From the NCBI GenBank assembly GCA_023133595.1, contig JAGLWF010000006.1:10074-74073 (forward strand): a DNA stretch of 64,000 nucleotides, read 5' to 3'. Positions 9,773-20,077 of this stretch are shown here, piece by piece (the first letter of the stretch is position 1; every line of letters starts with the position of its first letter). This stretch comes from Nanobdellota archaeon. Its GTDB lineage: Archaea > Nanobdellota > Nanobdellia > Woesearchaeales > WJKV01. The position numbers and the translations under genes were made by a program. The notes beneath the pieces were generated by a model. It was given only the letters and a program-made list of their open reading frames with translations. It did not search any database and had not been told where the DNA came from.

Positions 9773-11029
9773 ATGCAGCCAGAACCACAAAACATAATCA
9801 AGATTGAGATCAAGGTAATGGGCAGAGTGAACCAGTCTGACATAATCGGTGCTGTGTTCGGCCAGACAGAGGATGTTCTTGGAGAGACTTTAGAATTACG
9901 GAAATTACAGAAAGAGAATAAGATTGGCAGAATAGAAGTTGAAACAGAGTACACACCAGAAGGTACAACAAGCTTGATCACAATTCCATCCTATATGGAC
10001 CAGACTCATACTGTCATCATTGCTGCTGCACTAGAGACTATCAAGAAGATCGGTCCGTGCAAGGCAGAGGCAAGAGTCAAGAAATTAGAGAATATCAAGG
10101 AGATAAAACTAAAGAAACTTATTGAGCACGCGAAAAAAGTCCTGGAGAAATTCATGTCAGTCTCTATCGATTCACAGGAATTGGTTGATGAGGTGACTTA
10201 TGCTGTGCGACAGGACCAAGTCGAAGAGTATGGAGAGGAAAAAGTTCCATCCGGACCAGGAATCGAGACTTATGATGATATTATTTTTGTCGAGACTGTT
10301 GATGATCTTAAGAATTTATTAAAATACGGAATAAAGAATGTTATTGCATTCGAGGATCTGAGCAAGAGAGATGCTTTGAAAGAACTGGGAGACAAGCATG
10401 AAGTCATAGTTCTTGTCAACAGAGGAAAAGAATACCTAGTGAAACAGCTGATGGAGTTTGCAGATATTGACAAGATGGCAAAACCAGATCCTGGCAAACG
10501 TGTCAACCAGTTGATATCAAAAGAACTGTACAAGACAATACGTTCAGCAGTGTCAGCAGAACAATTGCTCGCAGCTTCTGCACCAGTGCACAGAGCACCA
10601 GAGAGAAAGTTCGAGAGAAGAGAATACAAACCACCACAGAAACAGGAACGAGTGCCACAAAGACAGGAATACAGAAGGCCAGAACAAAGACAGGAACGAG
10701 CGCCACAGAGACAGGAATACAAAAGACCAGAACAAAGACAAGTGTCTCTTGATCCAAGATTATCTGCTCTGTTCAAAGAGAAACTTGCAGAAGTCAAAGG
10801 AAAAGATCTGGCATGCATCATTGACAAGAATCTTAATGTCCTGGGCATGATCCCTCTAGACGGTCTTGTCGATACAATCAAAAGCCTGAAGAATGTTCAT
10901 TCCATTGTTGTTGACGGCAAGATCAGCCGTGACCTGGTAAGCATTGCAGAAAGAATCAGGTGCAGATACCTGATTGGTTCGGAATCAGAGAGAACTTCAA
11001 GAATGGTAAAGATTATCACAAATCTTTAA
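9773..11029 (+). CDS. dnaG: Archaeal DnaG homologue with degenerate TOPRIM active site
   Basis: Archaeal DnaG N-domain (DIIGAVFGQTEDVLG, LRKLQKENKIGRIEV, AAALETIKKIGPC); TOPRIM region reads FVETVDDL and VLVNRGKE instead of the usual VEGRADV and FLDGDRGG; typical C-terminal VDGKISRDLVSIA. Confidence 0.85.
   Translation: MQPEPQNIIKIEIKVMGRVNQSDIIGAVFGQTEDVLGETLELRKLQKENKIGRIEVETEYTPEGTTSLITIPSYMDQTHTVIIAAALETIKKIGPCKAEARVKKLENIKEIKLKKLIEHAKKVLEKFMSVSIDSQELVDEVTYAVRQDQVEEYGEEKVPSGPGIETYDDIIFVETVDDLKNLLKYGIKNVIAFEDLSKRDALKELGDKHEVIVLVNRGKEYLVKQLMEFADIDKMAKPDPGKRVNQLISKELYKTIRSAVSAEQLLAASAPVHRAPERKFERREYKPPQKQERVPQRQEYRRPEQRQERAPQRQEYKRPEQRQVSLDPRLSALFKEKLAEVKGKDLACIIDKNLNVLGMIPLDGLVDTIKSLKNVHSIVVDGKISRDLVSIAERIRCRYLIGSESERTSRMVKIITNL
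10643..10738. repeat. Coding 48-bp tandem repeat x2 (QERVPQRQEYRRPEQR / QERAPQRQEYKRPEQR)
   Basis: Two adjacent 16-codon units in the DnaG linker. Confidence 0.85.
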
Positions 11030-11083
11030 TTCTTAAAAAAAAGAATGGAAAGGTTAGAAAGAATCTGAAATATAGCCGATGTT

Positions 11084-11416
11084 TTAAAAAACATCTTTTG
11101 TATTTAGACTCTTTGCAGAAAAATAAGCCAATAAACGAAACCCATATTCTACTTTTCCTTGAATAGCTTGTCTCTTTTGAGCGTCATCGGCTTTTTCAAA
11201 AGAATAAGGGTCCACAAAATGCCCCGGACACTGTTCCCAGTGAACCAAGACCAATTCGTTCTCTTTCTCTTCTAAATAAGCTTTGATCCGTGCAACTAAG
11301 CCATGATCCCCTCCCCAATGCATGTTCCAACAAAGCTTTCCAATTAATTCTTTTTCAATTTCATTTCGTGCTTCTGTTGGAATTCTTAAGATTTGTTTAT
11401 CTTGATTAGGAATCAT
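11084..11416 (-). CDS. Hypothetical protein
   Basis: 110-aa ORF with plausible composition and a TATA-like sequence upstream; no recognised motif. Confidence 0.55.
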   Translation of the reverse strand: MIPNQDKQILRIPTEARNEIEKELIGKLCWNMHWGGDHGLVARIKAYLEEKENELVLVHWEQCPGHFVDPYSFEKADDAQKRQAIQGKVEYGFRLLAYFSAKSLNTKDVF

Positions 11417-11511
11417 AATTAATACATAGATTTAGTAATATAAATATGTTTGCATGTGAAATATGATAAGAAAATATCAGATTATTAAAAAAAAAGAGAA
11501 ATAAAAAGAAA

Positions 11512-12918
11512 TTATCTTCTTACAACGTTTGAGGTGTCTTGTATTCTGTTGTTAGCGTTCCAATCGCCAGTTATACCAGCACCCTGATCTTCAACTTTGA
11601 TCTGTGCACCGTCTGGGTTTGTGTATGTTGCAACAAGCGCTCCGTCAACAGTTGCGAATGTCAGTGGCTGTGCACCATTCTGGTCTGTCATTGTGTGGTT
11701 AGGCGGTGTTGCTGTGTCCCGTGAATAGATAACTAGTCTTGGCACACCAAGCGCGATTTTTGTGAAAGTATATCCGCTATTCTGCACAATTGTTGATTCG
11801 TCTGAGACTCTTGGTGCTGTTATGTTTGTGTTATTCACTGCAAGATCTCTTCCTTGTTCAACCAGACCGCTTCCATCAAGATCAACAAAGATATAACCTT
11901 GAGTTGTATTCAGCATGATTATGTGGTCCAGATTATTCACATCTTTCAATGTTCCTTGTCCTGAAATATCGTAGGGTACTACAACAGTCAGGCCGTTAGG
12001 ATCAACGAATTCAAGATCATTTGTTCCATCTAGAGCAAGTGTGTTTATTTTCTTTAATCTGTATGCTAATGGAAACTGAGTTGGATTTGCAACATCACCA
12101 ATGTACATTAAATGTCCTTCTCGGATCTCTACCTGTTCTTCTGTGATGAATGGCTGTCCTTCAAGAGGATCCATACCTTTGTCACCGTCTGCATTCAGGT
12201 CAACGTATAATCGCGGACCATCTGGAGTGTCAACAACACTGAACGGATGCTGTCCTTCGTATGTTATGATCAGGCCAGTTGCAAGATCGAACTCTGTAAG
12301 AGCGTCACTGTCATCCTTGACAACAATCGCGGATTTGTCAGCGCTCAATCCCACAAATGTATAGACAATCGGGAATGGCACTTCGCTTCTTTCAAAGTAT
12401 GTTGTTAGGTCTGTTCTTGGCTGTAACTGGAATGAACCGTTCAATGGCACTGCGATACCTTCGATTGTGATGTGATTATCCAATGAATCTGCTGTGATAT
12501 CTCCATCCTTGTTGATATCTCCCTGTAAAGTTCCTGCAGTTGCATTGACTCTATAGCTTGCAGTGATGTAATTGCCAAGGTCAAAGACACCGACTCCAGT
12601 GTTTGGATTGTAATCAGAAGTTTTCTCGACAACAGCTACGTTGTTCTCTCTGACTTCGTATTTTACTTTGCTGTTAGCAGTATCAATCTCTGTAACAAAG
12701 ACAACTCTGGTGTTCTTGTTTGTTCCAGGTTTTATAGCTAGAAATTCCAGTGGACTCACTGGTGTATTTTCCGATGTTACTATGTTCCTTGCAGTAGGCG
12801 TGTACGGTGTTGGTGGTATTGGTGCTTCTTCGTCTTCTTTAGGGCAACCGCTACCAAACAATAGTATGCCTGCCAATCCAAGGGTTGTTCCGATAAATCC
12901 GAATGTTCTTCTTATCAT
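11512..12918 (-). CDS. Putative surface lipoprotein, beta-rich
   Basis: GGAGG RBS; hydrophobic leader ending GSGC; Thr/Asp/Gly-rich; DINKDG, DLNADG and DLDGSG Ca-binding-like motifs. Confidence 0.75.
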   Translation of the reverse strand: MIRRTFGFIGTTLGLAGILLFGSGCPKEDEEAPIPPTPYTPTARNIVTSENTPVSPLEFLAIKPGTNKNTRVVFVTEIDTANSKVKYEVRENNVAVVEKTSDYNPNTGVGVFDLGNYITASYRVNATAGTLQGDINKDGDITADSLDNHITIEGIAVPLNGSFQLQPRTDLTTYFERSEVPFPIVYTFVGLSADKSAIVVKDDSDALTEFDLATGLIITYEGQHPFSVVDTPDGPRLYVDLNADGDKGMDPLEGQPFITEEQVEIREGHLMYIGDVANPTQFPLAYRLKKINTLALDGTNDLEFVDPNGLTVVVPYDISGQGTLKDVNNLDHIIMLNTTQGYIFVDLDGSGLVEQGRDLAVNNTNITAPRVSDESTIVQNSGYTFTKIALGVPRLVIYSRDTATPPNHTMTDQNGAQPLTFATVDGALVATYTNPDGAQIKVEDQGAGITGDWNANNRIQDTSNVVRR

Positions 12919-12941
12919 TTTATATTCCTCCTAAAAGTGAT

Positions 12942-15900
12942 TTACCTTCCCCCGAATCCTTTTCTGCCTTCCTGTTGTCTTTTTTTGAATTCTTCCCATT
13001 GTTTCCTACGGAAATCAGTATAATTTTGTTCTCTTTCTTTCTGCATCTGCATCATCCTTCGTCTTCGTTCTGCTTCTGCATGTTGTCTCATATCTTTCTG
13101 ATACTTCTTCCATGCGTTCTTCTTGTCTCTCTGTGCTCGAGCCTGCGGATTGTTTCCTGCGAACATGTAGACCAGCATGATAACAACCAGTAAAGCTCCA
13201 ATGATGATCAGCATGACCAATACAGACTTTGTATTGCTGTCAACATCTTTCTCTGTTGTGATCATCGGCTGTTTTCCAGAGTCAATGATCTGCACATCAA
13301 CTGGTGACGGCTGTGCAACAGGTGCTCCTGTGTATGTCTGGTATGACTTGTCCTCACAATCCTGTACACTTAACTGTACTGATCGTGATTCACTTAGCCG
13401 TACTCTGTCGTAGTATGTGCTGACTATAATATCATAAACTTTTGGTTCTGCATCTTCTGGAATGTTCAGTATGAAATTCTTTCGGATGTCAAAGTCTTCA
13501 TCGTACGGATCACTGTCCAGATCGAATGTGTACGATTCATCGATACCAAGCTCTTCGTTCACAACTGTGACTTTTGCATTGTCCTCGTCATCTTCTCCCA
13601 AGTTTGTCATTTCCAGTTCAAGGTTTGTCACGCGTGTGCATGAAACTCTGCTTGGTCTCAGGTTAAGTTCTGTAAGCTTGATATTGTGCTTGTCCTTCTC
13701 GATCTCCAGGAATGCACGTGTTGTGACTCTGTGCCTGAAACCGTGCTCGTCAATACCATCCACTTCGATCAGGATCTCGTACTCTTCTCCATCCTCAACT
13801 TCGTACGGCACTCTGAAGTCAAGACGTACATCTTCCTCATCGTCAGGATCAAGATCAAAGTCTCTGTCAGAATCAAAGTTCAGGTCATCGCCATCGTCAA
13901 TATCAAAGATTGTGACTTCCACTTCAATACCCTCAATCTCAAGACCGTTCCGTCTTGGGAAAGTGTTCTTGACCTCCATCTCAATCTCGATTCGGTCTCC
14001 TGGCTTGATACGCCTGACCTTATCTCTGCCATTAGGATCTATCCTTACCCTGTCACCTGCAATCTCAAGGTCGTCAATCTCTAATCTTGGGCCCATCTCA
14101 ACAGTGTTTCCAACATTGTATGTTGAGAAACCTGATACAGTGAATACAACTGTTCCGTGCGCTGTTGGTGCTGGTGAATAACTTACCAGTGTCGCTGATG
14201 CATAAGGTGCATTTACTTGCGAACGATCTGTTGTGAACGCAGTAGTATAATTGATAATTGGTGTCTCGTCATACGAGATTCCATAGAGTGTGATTGTCGC
14301 TGGAAGGTTCAGTGCTGAGAATTGTGTTGTGTCAATACCAGCAATGTTTGTATCTAGCACGACAAAACTGTCCAGATCAATCACATTTGTCAGGTCTACT
14401 GTTGCCGGACCAAAGTCGATCTTTGCGACATTAGGCACTTCGATTGTGACATTTGTCGCGTGTGATAATTCTGAATCCGGAACACTGATTATTGTCCCTC
14501 TGATTCTTCCGCTTCGTGAGGTTGGCCTGTTTGCTGTCTGTACTGTCCATGAGTATGTCACAACATTGCCCTGGTCGTTTCTTGCTTCGTATGAAACTGT
14601 GAAAGGACCGTTTCCTCTGTCAGCAGTATTAAGTGTGAATGTGTCTGCCTGGGATTCCTCGTTGCCATTTACAAACCATTTGTATGTGGTTGGAAGGTGT
14701 GTAGGATTGTTCAGTATGACACTGAATGTCTGGCTTGCTCCCTGTCTGATCAGGATATTGTTTGAGCTAGGCTGTGTTGACTGCAGTGAAAACTGAGGCT
14801 GTACATCAATGACATTCACTGTGATTGTCTGTGATGCATACTGGCCGCTGTTTGTGTCAGTCACTTTGAATGACAATGATTTTGTGCCGGCATCATTAAA
14901 GCCAGGCGAGTAAGTATAATTCTGGTCTGTTGATACTACTGTGCCATCCAGTGTCCACTGGTATTCTAGTGGATCATTGTCAAGATCACGCACAGTTGGT
15001 GTGAATGTCTGATTTTGTCCTTCATTGACATCAACAGTTGTACCTGCTGGTGTGAATGCTGTTATTTCTGGTGCAAAGTTAGGCGCGTCTGTCCTGAACG
15101 AGAATGTTGCAGACTTGTTTGTTGTGTGCACACCATCTGTTGCAATAACATACCAGTAGTATGTAGTATCATCTGTCAAGTTAACAGTAAGATTACTGTT
15201 TGTAGTATCAATATAATGTGGCGGATTCTGGTCTGTTCCAAAGTACACACTGTATGTTAATGGTGTATTGTCTGGATCATATGAACTCCACTGCAAGTTT
15301 ACCTGCATTGACTGGTCGCTGACAACTGCTGCGTCTGCAGGGGATATCAGTGTTGGGATCACAGGCGGATCATTGTCTGTGTTCAGTACTTCGATGCTCA
15401 TGTTTCGAGTATCTGTTGAAGTTCCGTCACTCACTGTGAATGCCAGTGTCTCATTACCAGCAAAGTTCTGTTTTGTGGTGATATTGATCATGTGTGTTGT
15501 TGGATTGATGGATACAAAGACATTTGGATTTGGTGATACATACCATGTCATTGCTGATGCCTGTGTATCATTATCAGAAACATAGTTATCCAGATCGATT
15601 GTGCTGTTGTATGAATCTTCGTTCATTACAACATTTGGGAATGCTGTGATGACAGGCGGATTATTGTAAGGCAGTGCCTGTACATAAAAACTGTTTGATA
15701 TTGCAGTTTCATTGATGCCGTCTGTTGCATTGATTGTCAGGTTGCTGATCCCACTGTATCCTGCTGCAGCTGAGATTGTAGCTGTCTGCGCAGCTGAATT
15801 AAAACTAACTGTGATGTTAGCATCTTTCTGCGGTGTGTCGTAGATCAGTGTTGTCAGATTATCTTCATCAATAAAGTATGTTGATAGGTCAATAACCTTG

Positions 15901-18470
15901 CTCTGTCCTGAAAAGAAAAATTGTGTTGGAATTGTTCCATTGAACAGGATTGGATCATTGATTGAAATTACATTAACTGTCAGTATACCTGTACCAATTC
16001 CACCGTTCTTATCCTCTACTGTGAATGTAACGTTTCTTTGTCCGTGCCAGTTATGGTCTGGCTTGAACAGGACGATTGCTTCTGTTGCATTATGGTTTGT
16101 CAGGTTGATCTCCATGTTCGGTACTTGTGTGATATTGATTGTCAGGTTCTCAAATAGGGTCTCATTATCACTGATGTACGGGAAGATATCAAGAGTTGTG
16201 TTTACATCCTCATTGAATGTCAGTGTTCCATTCAGTGGTGATTGTGAAAAGTTTACTTGCGGGATATCATTCTGTCCAGATACATTGATATCCAGATAAT
16301 CTACTGCTGTCCCACCCATTGTGTCAGATACATTGAATGTGACATTGAACATTCCATGGACATTTGGATCTGGTGCAATATATACCATCTTTGATGTCTG
16401 GTTGATTAATACATTAAGTCCTGTTGCTGGTGTCATCGATGTAACTGTGTAATTCAAGTTAGCATCAGGATCCTCAACATCAGATGCGTATGTGCTTAGA
16501 TTGATAGTTGTATTACCATCCTCAAAGATGTGCACACTATTATTGATAGGTGCGAATGAGAATAATGGGAAATCATTCACCTGTGTAACATTAATATTTA
16601 CTGTTCCATTGCCAACTCCACTGTTCAGGTCTGTTGCTGTCCAGTTGATATGCGCAAGACCTGTGAAGTTTGCATCAGGTGTGATTGTCGCATTAAATGT
16701 AGTGTGATTGTAAACTACAGTGATGCCTGGTGATGCTGTGTGTGCAATTGTAAGGTTTGCATCAGCGTCTCGATCATCTGTTACAGCGCTGCCTACGTCA
16801 AGAGTATAATTAGTATCTTCTGCAAATGTGACATTTGTGAAGCTGAATACAGGCGGATTGTTTGTATTGTTGACATTGACTGTCAATACACCATTGCCTG
16901 TCGCATTCTGTGTGTCCATTGCACTGAATGTTACATTTCTTTGTCCTGTGAAGTTTGCATCAGGCACGAAAGTTGCTACTTTTGTTGTCTGATTGATTGT
17001 TATATTGATATTAGCGACTGGTGTGAAACTTAATGTCAGGTTTGCCAGTGCTTCTTCCAGATCAGTTACATAGTTTCCTAAGTTCAATGTGCCATTTGTA
17101 TTTTCATTGAAAATTAATGTGTTGTTGATAGCACTGAAATTCCATCTAGGCGCGTCATTGACAGCAGAAACATTCAAAGTTATAGTATCAACACCAGTAC
17201 CACTATTAGAATCCTGAGCAATGAATGTTAGTACTCTTTGACCATTCCAATCAGCATCTGGTGTGATTGTTGCTGTGTCTGTTGCCTGATTGATTGTGAT
17301 TGTGACATTCGCTATATTTCCTGAAGTATAAGTTAGTGAAGAAGCTGCCTGTTCTACATCTGTTGTATATGTGCTTAGCACTATATTTGCGCTTCCATCT
17401 TCATTTATGTTAATAGGATTGATTGCAGATAAGTTCATGACAGGAACATCATTGACAGATGTTACATTCACTGTAATAGCTGCTGTACCGACAGCTGAGT
17501 TTGTGTCTGTGACTGTGAATATAACTGTCTGTGAACCAAACCAGTTAGCATTCGGTGTGATTGTAACTATGTCAGTAGTTTGATTGATTCCGACTGTGAT
17601 GCCGGTTGGAGTTCCCTGCACTCCGAATGTAAGATTTGCCACTGCGTCTTCAACGTCAGAAGCATAAGCTCCAATGTTGAATGTTGCAACAGTATCTTCA
17701 TTTGTTGTCAGGGTCGCATTGTTCATTGGTGTGAAGTTCAATGCAGGAGCGTCATTCACAGGATTGACAGTGACTGACAGTGTGCTTGAAGCGATTCCAC
17801 CGTTTGTATCAATACAGAAAAAGATGATATTTCTTGTGCCGAACCAGTCAGCATCAGGTGCGATTGTAGCAACCTTTGTGTTCTGGTTGATTGAAATAGT
17901 CAGATTGCTGGCAGGACTTGCTGAGTATGTTAGATTTACATTGGCATCTTCTGGATCTGATGCGTAAAGCCCTAGATTGATTGTTCCGTTTGTATCCTCA
18001 TTGAATGTTAAGGTTGTTGTGATTGAGAATGTAGGATTATTATTGTTCTGTGCACTTGGAGTTGGATTGTTGATTGTATTAACAGTTCCAGTTCCATCAG
18101 GAATTCTTCCAGCTGAGTTTGAAGGTGTAAGGCCTGTGTATGTAAAAGTGTTTGTTGGATTTCCAGATGTTGTGTTCACCAGTGTCAGGGTGTCTGCATT
18201 AACCAGATTGTAACCTAATTGCGCTTCTGTGAAAGTAGCGTATCTGCTGGTTGTGCTTAAAGTGCCTGATAGTGCGCTTCCCAGGTTTGTTGAAGAATTT
18301 ACTCTAAAATTTGCCAATGAAACAGAACTGGTTCCATTGTAGAAAAGTTCAACATAATCATTTGCAGAATTTGCAGTTACCTCATTAACAAAAACCTGTG
18401 CTGTTGCAGGCACTGCCAGTGCAACAATCAATACAATTAATAATAATATCTTCGCGAATGAATTCCCCAT
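12942..18470 (-). CDS. Giant cell-surface adhesin-like protein (lamin-tail-like domain, tandem cadherin/Ig-like repeats, C-terminal TM)
   Basis: ATG 18470 gives a signal peptide; VFVNEV...DYVELF LTD-like start; about 10 repeats delimited by VNDAP/NNPP motifs; PKD/Ig-like (LEYQWTLDG, YKWFVNG) and CARDB-like modules; TM then charged tail. Confidence 0.9.
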   Translation of the reverse strand: MGNSFAKILLLIVLIVALAVPATAQVFVNEVTANSANDYVELFYNGTSSVSLANFRVNSSTNLGSALSGTLSTTSRYATFTEAQLGYNLVNADTLTLVNTTSGNPTNTFTYTGLTPSNSAGRIPDGTGTVNTINNPTPSAQNNNNPTFSITTTLTFNEDTNGTINLGLYASDPEDANVNLTYSASPASNLTISINQNTKVATIAPDADWFGTRNIIFFCIDTNGGIASSTLSVTVNPVNDAPALNFTPMNNATLTTNEDTVATFNIGAYASDVEDAVANLTFGVQGTPTGITVGINQTTDIVTITPNANWFGSQTVIFTVTDTNSAVGTAAITVNVTSVNDVPVMNLSAINPININEDGSANIVLSTYTTDVEQAASSLTYTSGNIANVTITINQATDTATITPDADWNGQRVLTFIAQDSNSGTGVDTITLNVSAVNDAPRWNFSAINNTLIFNENTNGTLNLGNYVTDLEEALANLTLSFTPVANINITINQTTKVATFVPDANFTGQRNVTFSAMDTQNATGNGVLTVNVNNTNNPPVFSFTNVTFAEDTNYTLDVGSAVTDDRDADANLTIAHTASPGITVVYNHTTFNATITPDANFTGLAHINWTATDLNSGVGNGTVNINVTQVNDFPLFSFAPINNSVHIFEDGNTTINLSTYASDVEDPDANLNYTVTSMTPATGLNVLINQTSKMVYIAPDPNVHGMFNVTFNVSDTMGGTAVDYLDINVSGQNDIPQVNFSQSPLNGTLTFNEDVNTTLDIFPYISDNETLFENLTINITQVPNMEINLTNHNATEAIVLFKPDHNWHGQRNVTFTVEDKNGGIGTGILTVNVISINDPILFNGTIPTQFFFSGQSKVIDLSTYFIDEDNLTTLIYDTPQKDANITVSFNSAAQTATISAAAGYSGISNLTINATDGINETAISNSFYVQALPYNNPPVITAFPNVVMNEDSYNSTIDLDNYVSDNDTQASAMTWYVSPNPNVFVSINPTTHMINITTKQNFAGNETLAFTVSDGTSTDTRNMSIEVLNTDNDPPVIPTLISPADAAVVSDQSMQVNLQWSSYDPDNTPLTYSVYFGTDQNPPHYIDTTNSNLTVNLTDDTTYYWYVIATDGVHTTNKSATFSFRTDAPNFAPEITAFTPAGTTVDVNEGQNQTFTPTVRDLDNDPLEYQWTLDGTVVSTDQNYTYSPGFNDAGTKSLSFKVTDTNSGQYASQTITVNVIDVQPQFSLQSTQPSSNNILIRQGASQTFSVILNNPTHLPTTYKWFVNGNEESQADTFTLNTADRGNGPFTVSYEARNDQGNVVTYSWTVQTANRPTSRSGRIRGTIISVPDSELSHATNVTIEVPNVAKIDFGPATVDLTNVIDLDSFVVLDTNIAGIDTTQFSALNLPATITLYGISYDETPIINYTTAFTTDRSQVNAPYASATLVSYSPAPTAHGTVVFTVSGFSTYNVGNTVEMGPRLEIDDLEIAGDRVRIDPNGRDKVRRIKPGDRIEIEMEVKNTFPRRNGLEIEGIEVEVTIFDIDDGDDLNFDSDRDFDLDPDDEEDVRLDFRVPYEVEDGEEYEILIEVDGIDEHGFRHRVTTRAFLEIEKDKHNIKLTELNLRPSRVSCTRVTNLELEMTNLGEDDEDNAKVTVVNEELGIDESYTFDLDSDPYDEDFDIRKNFILNIPEDAEPKVYDIIVSTYYDRVRLSESRSVQLSVQDCEDKSYQTYTGAPVAQPSPVDVQIIDSGKQPMITTEKDVDSNTKSVLVMLIIIGALLVVIMLVYMFAGNNPQARAQRDKKNAWKKYQKDMRQHAEAERRRRMMQMQKEREQNYTDFRRKQWEEFKKRQQEGRKGFGGR

Positions 18471-18733
18471 TTTGTACGAAAACCTCCGTGTATACCCCTG
18501 ACTGGTTTCCAAAACCTATGATCATCATTCACCTAGAACCCCTTTTACCCTTTTTTGTATACAAAACGACCAGTTTATTTAAAGGTTTCGGTCATTCACC
18601 ATTGTGAGGTAATGATAACTGGAATGCCGGGTTCTTTATAAAGGTTTGGCAGAAATCGCCCTGGGTCAGTGATTACTATTATAATAGAGAGATATTAAAT
18701 ATTACCGATATATTCCTTTATTTCCGATCCGAC

Positions 18734-20026
18734 ATGAAAACATTGAAATTTCTAACATCATTATTCGCGCTAGGAGTCATGTTTGGGTGTGGTAACTCAG
18801 ATAGTGTCCTTCCTGAACCAATTCCAAAAGTCGCAAAACAACTTTCTCCAGAAGAGCAGAAGAAAAAAGAGGAAGAGGAAAGGAAGAAAGGAATCGAAGC
18901 AAAAATACGTGAAGTTGAAAAGGCAATAAATGATAAAGATTTGCTAGCTTGCTTCAAATATTCTACTGATAAAAAAAGACCTTCGTTTAGGGATATAGAA
19001 AAGATAGCTGAAAAATATGGAAGAAGCATAGACCAAAGATACCATCCAGATGACGAGTGGAATTCTATTCCTGATCTGGTGTTTATCGGGGATTTTCATG
19101 CAGTCTATGAAGACTCATCAGTAAACATTGTTTCTGATATGACAGAAAACGGAGATGTCTTCCTAGTGGAAGGCAATGATTGTGAAAATCTGCAGTTCAG
19201 GCTGGTTGATATTCTAAAAAAGGAATTGGCTGGGGAGAGAGAGATAACACCCTTTGAAATGTATTATGGAATTATTAACTCTGGAAATTATTATGTCCAT
19301 ATCAGAGGGATGGACGGGCCAGAAGAAAAATTCAATGAGATCCTGAAAGCTGCATATGCATATACAATAGCAACACGCTGCCTTAGAATGTCAATACCAG
19401 AGAATCCGACAGAAGATCAAACACGAAAGATTAAATTGTTAAAAGTGATCCTTCCTGAGTTCAAAAGAAAAGCAGAGCAACTTCAATATCTGCGTGAAAC
19501 AGATTATTTTGTGCCTAAGATTATAACAGCTGTTAAAAAAAAAAAGAAAAATCAAATAGTATTCGCTTGTGTAGGTTTTCTGCATCAAAAGAACAGGTCG
19601 ATACTTAGAAGATTAGAGGAAAATGAGGTCTCGTACATCTCTTTTGATATCCCCAGAAAAGAATATATTGAGAAAACAGCAGAGATGAAGGAGAGAGCAA
19701 TGAACTCGTTAAGCCAAAAACATGAAAATTCTAATGGAGAAGAGAAAAAGAGAATGGATAAAACCAGAAACCAGATCAGACAATTTTCTCCTCAAGAATT
19801 CAATGAAATTAATTATGTAATATGGAACTACAAAAATACTTTTGGGAATCTTGAACTCGATTATACAATCACACTTAGAGAGAAAGTGCCGAAAAGAGGA
19901 ACAAGAATCTCTTCTATCTTTGGAGGAAGACACTATGAGACAAAAGAAAGAAAGATCCGATTTCAGCTAAAACAAAAAGGAAAACATCCGACAGATCTCA
20001 AGATTCATGTGGATGAAATCAGATAA
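18734..20026 (+). CDS. Putative lipoprotein, possible ChaN/EreA/TraB-like fold
   Basis: FGCG lipobox-like leader; motifs VFIGDFH, FLVEG and VGFLH in the order typical of that superfamily (inference). Confidence 0.6.
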   Translation: MKTLKFLTSLFALGVMFGCGNSDSVLPEPIPKVAKQLSPEEQKKKEEEERKKGIEAKIREVEKAINDKDLLACFKYSTDKKRPSFRDIEKIAEKYGRSIDQRYHPDDEWNSIPDLVFIGDFHAVYEDSSVNIVSDMTENGDVFLVEGNDCENLQFRLVDILKKELAGEREITPFEMYYGIINSGNYYVHIRGMDGPEEKFNEILKAAYAYTIATRCLRMSIPENPTEDQTRKIKLLKVILPEFKRKAEQLQYLRETDYFVPKIITAVKKKKKNQIVFACVGFLHQKNRSILRRLEENEVSYISFDIPRKEYIEKTAEMKERAMNSLSQKHENSNGEEKKRMDKTRNQIRQFSPQEFNEINYVIWNYKNTFGNLELDYTITLREKVPKRGTRISSIFGGRHYETKERKIRFQLKQKGKHPTDLKIHVDEIR

Positions 20027-20077
20027 GTTTATATATCATATATTTCTTGTTTTGTAATAGAAAAAGAGGTGTTTGGA

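Noticed and set aside
10643-10738. 48-bp repeats in dnaG as a mobile or CRISPR-like feature
   Set aside because: In-frame coding duplication in a low-complexity linker, with no spacers.
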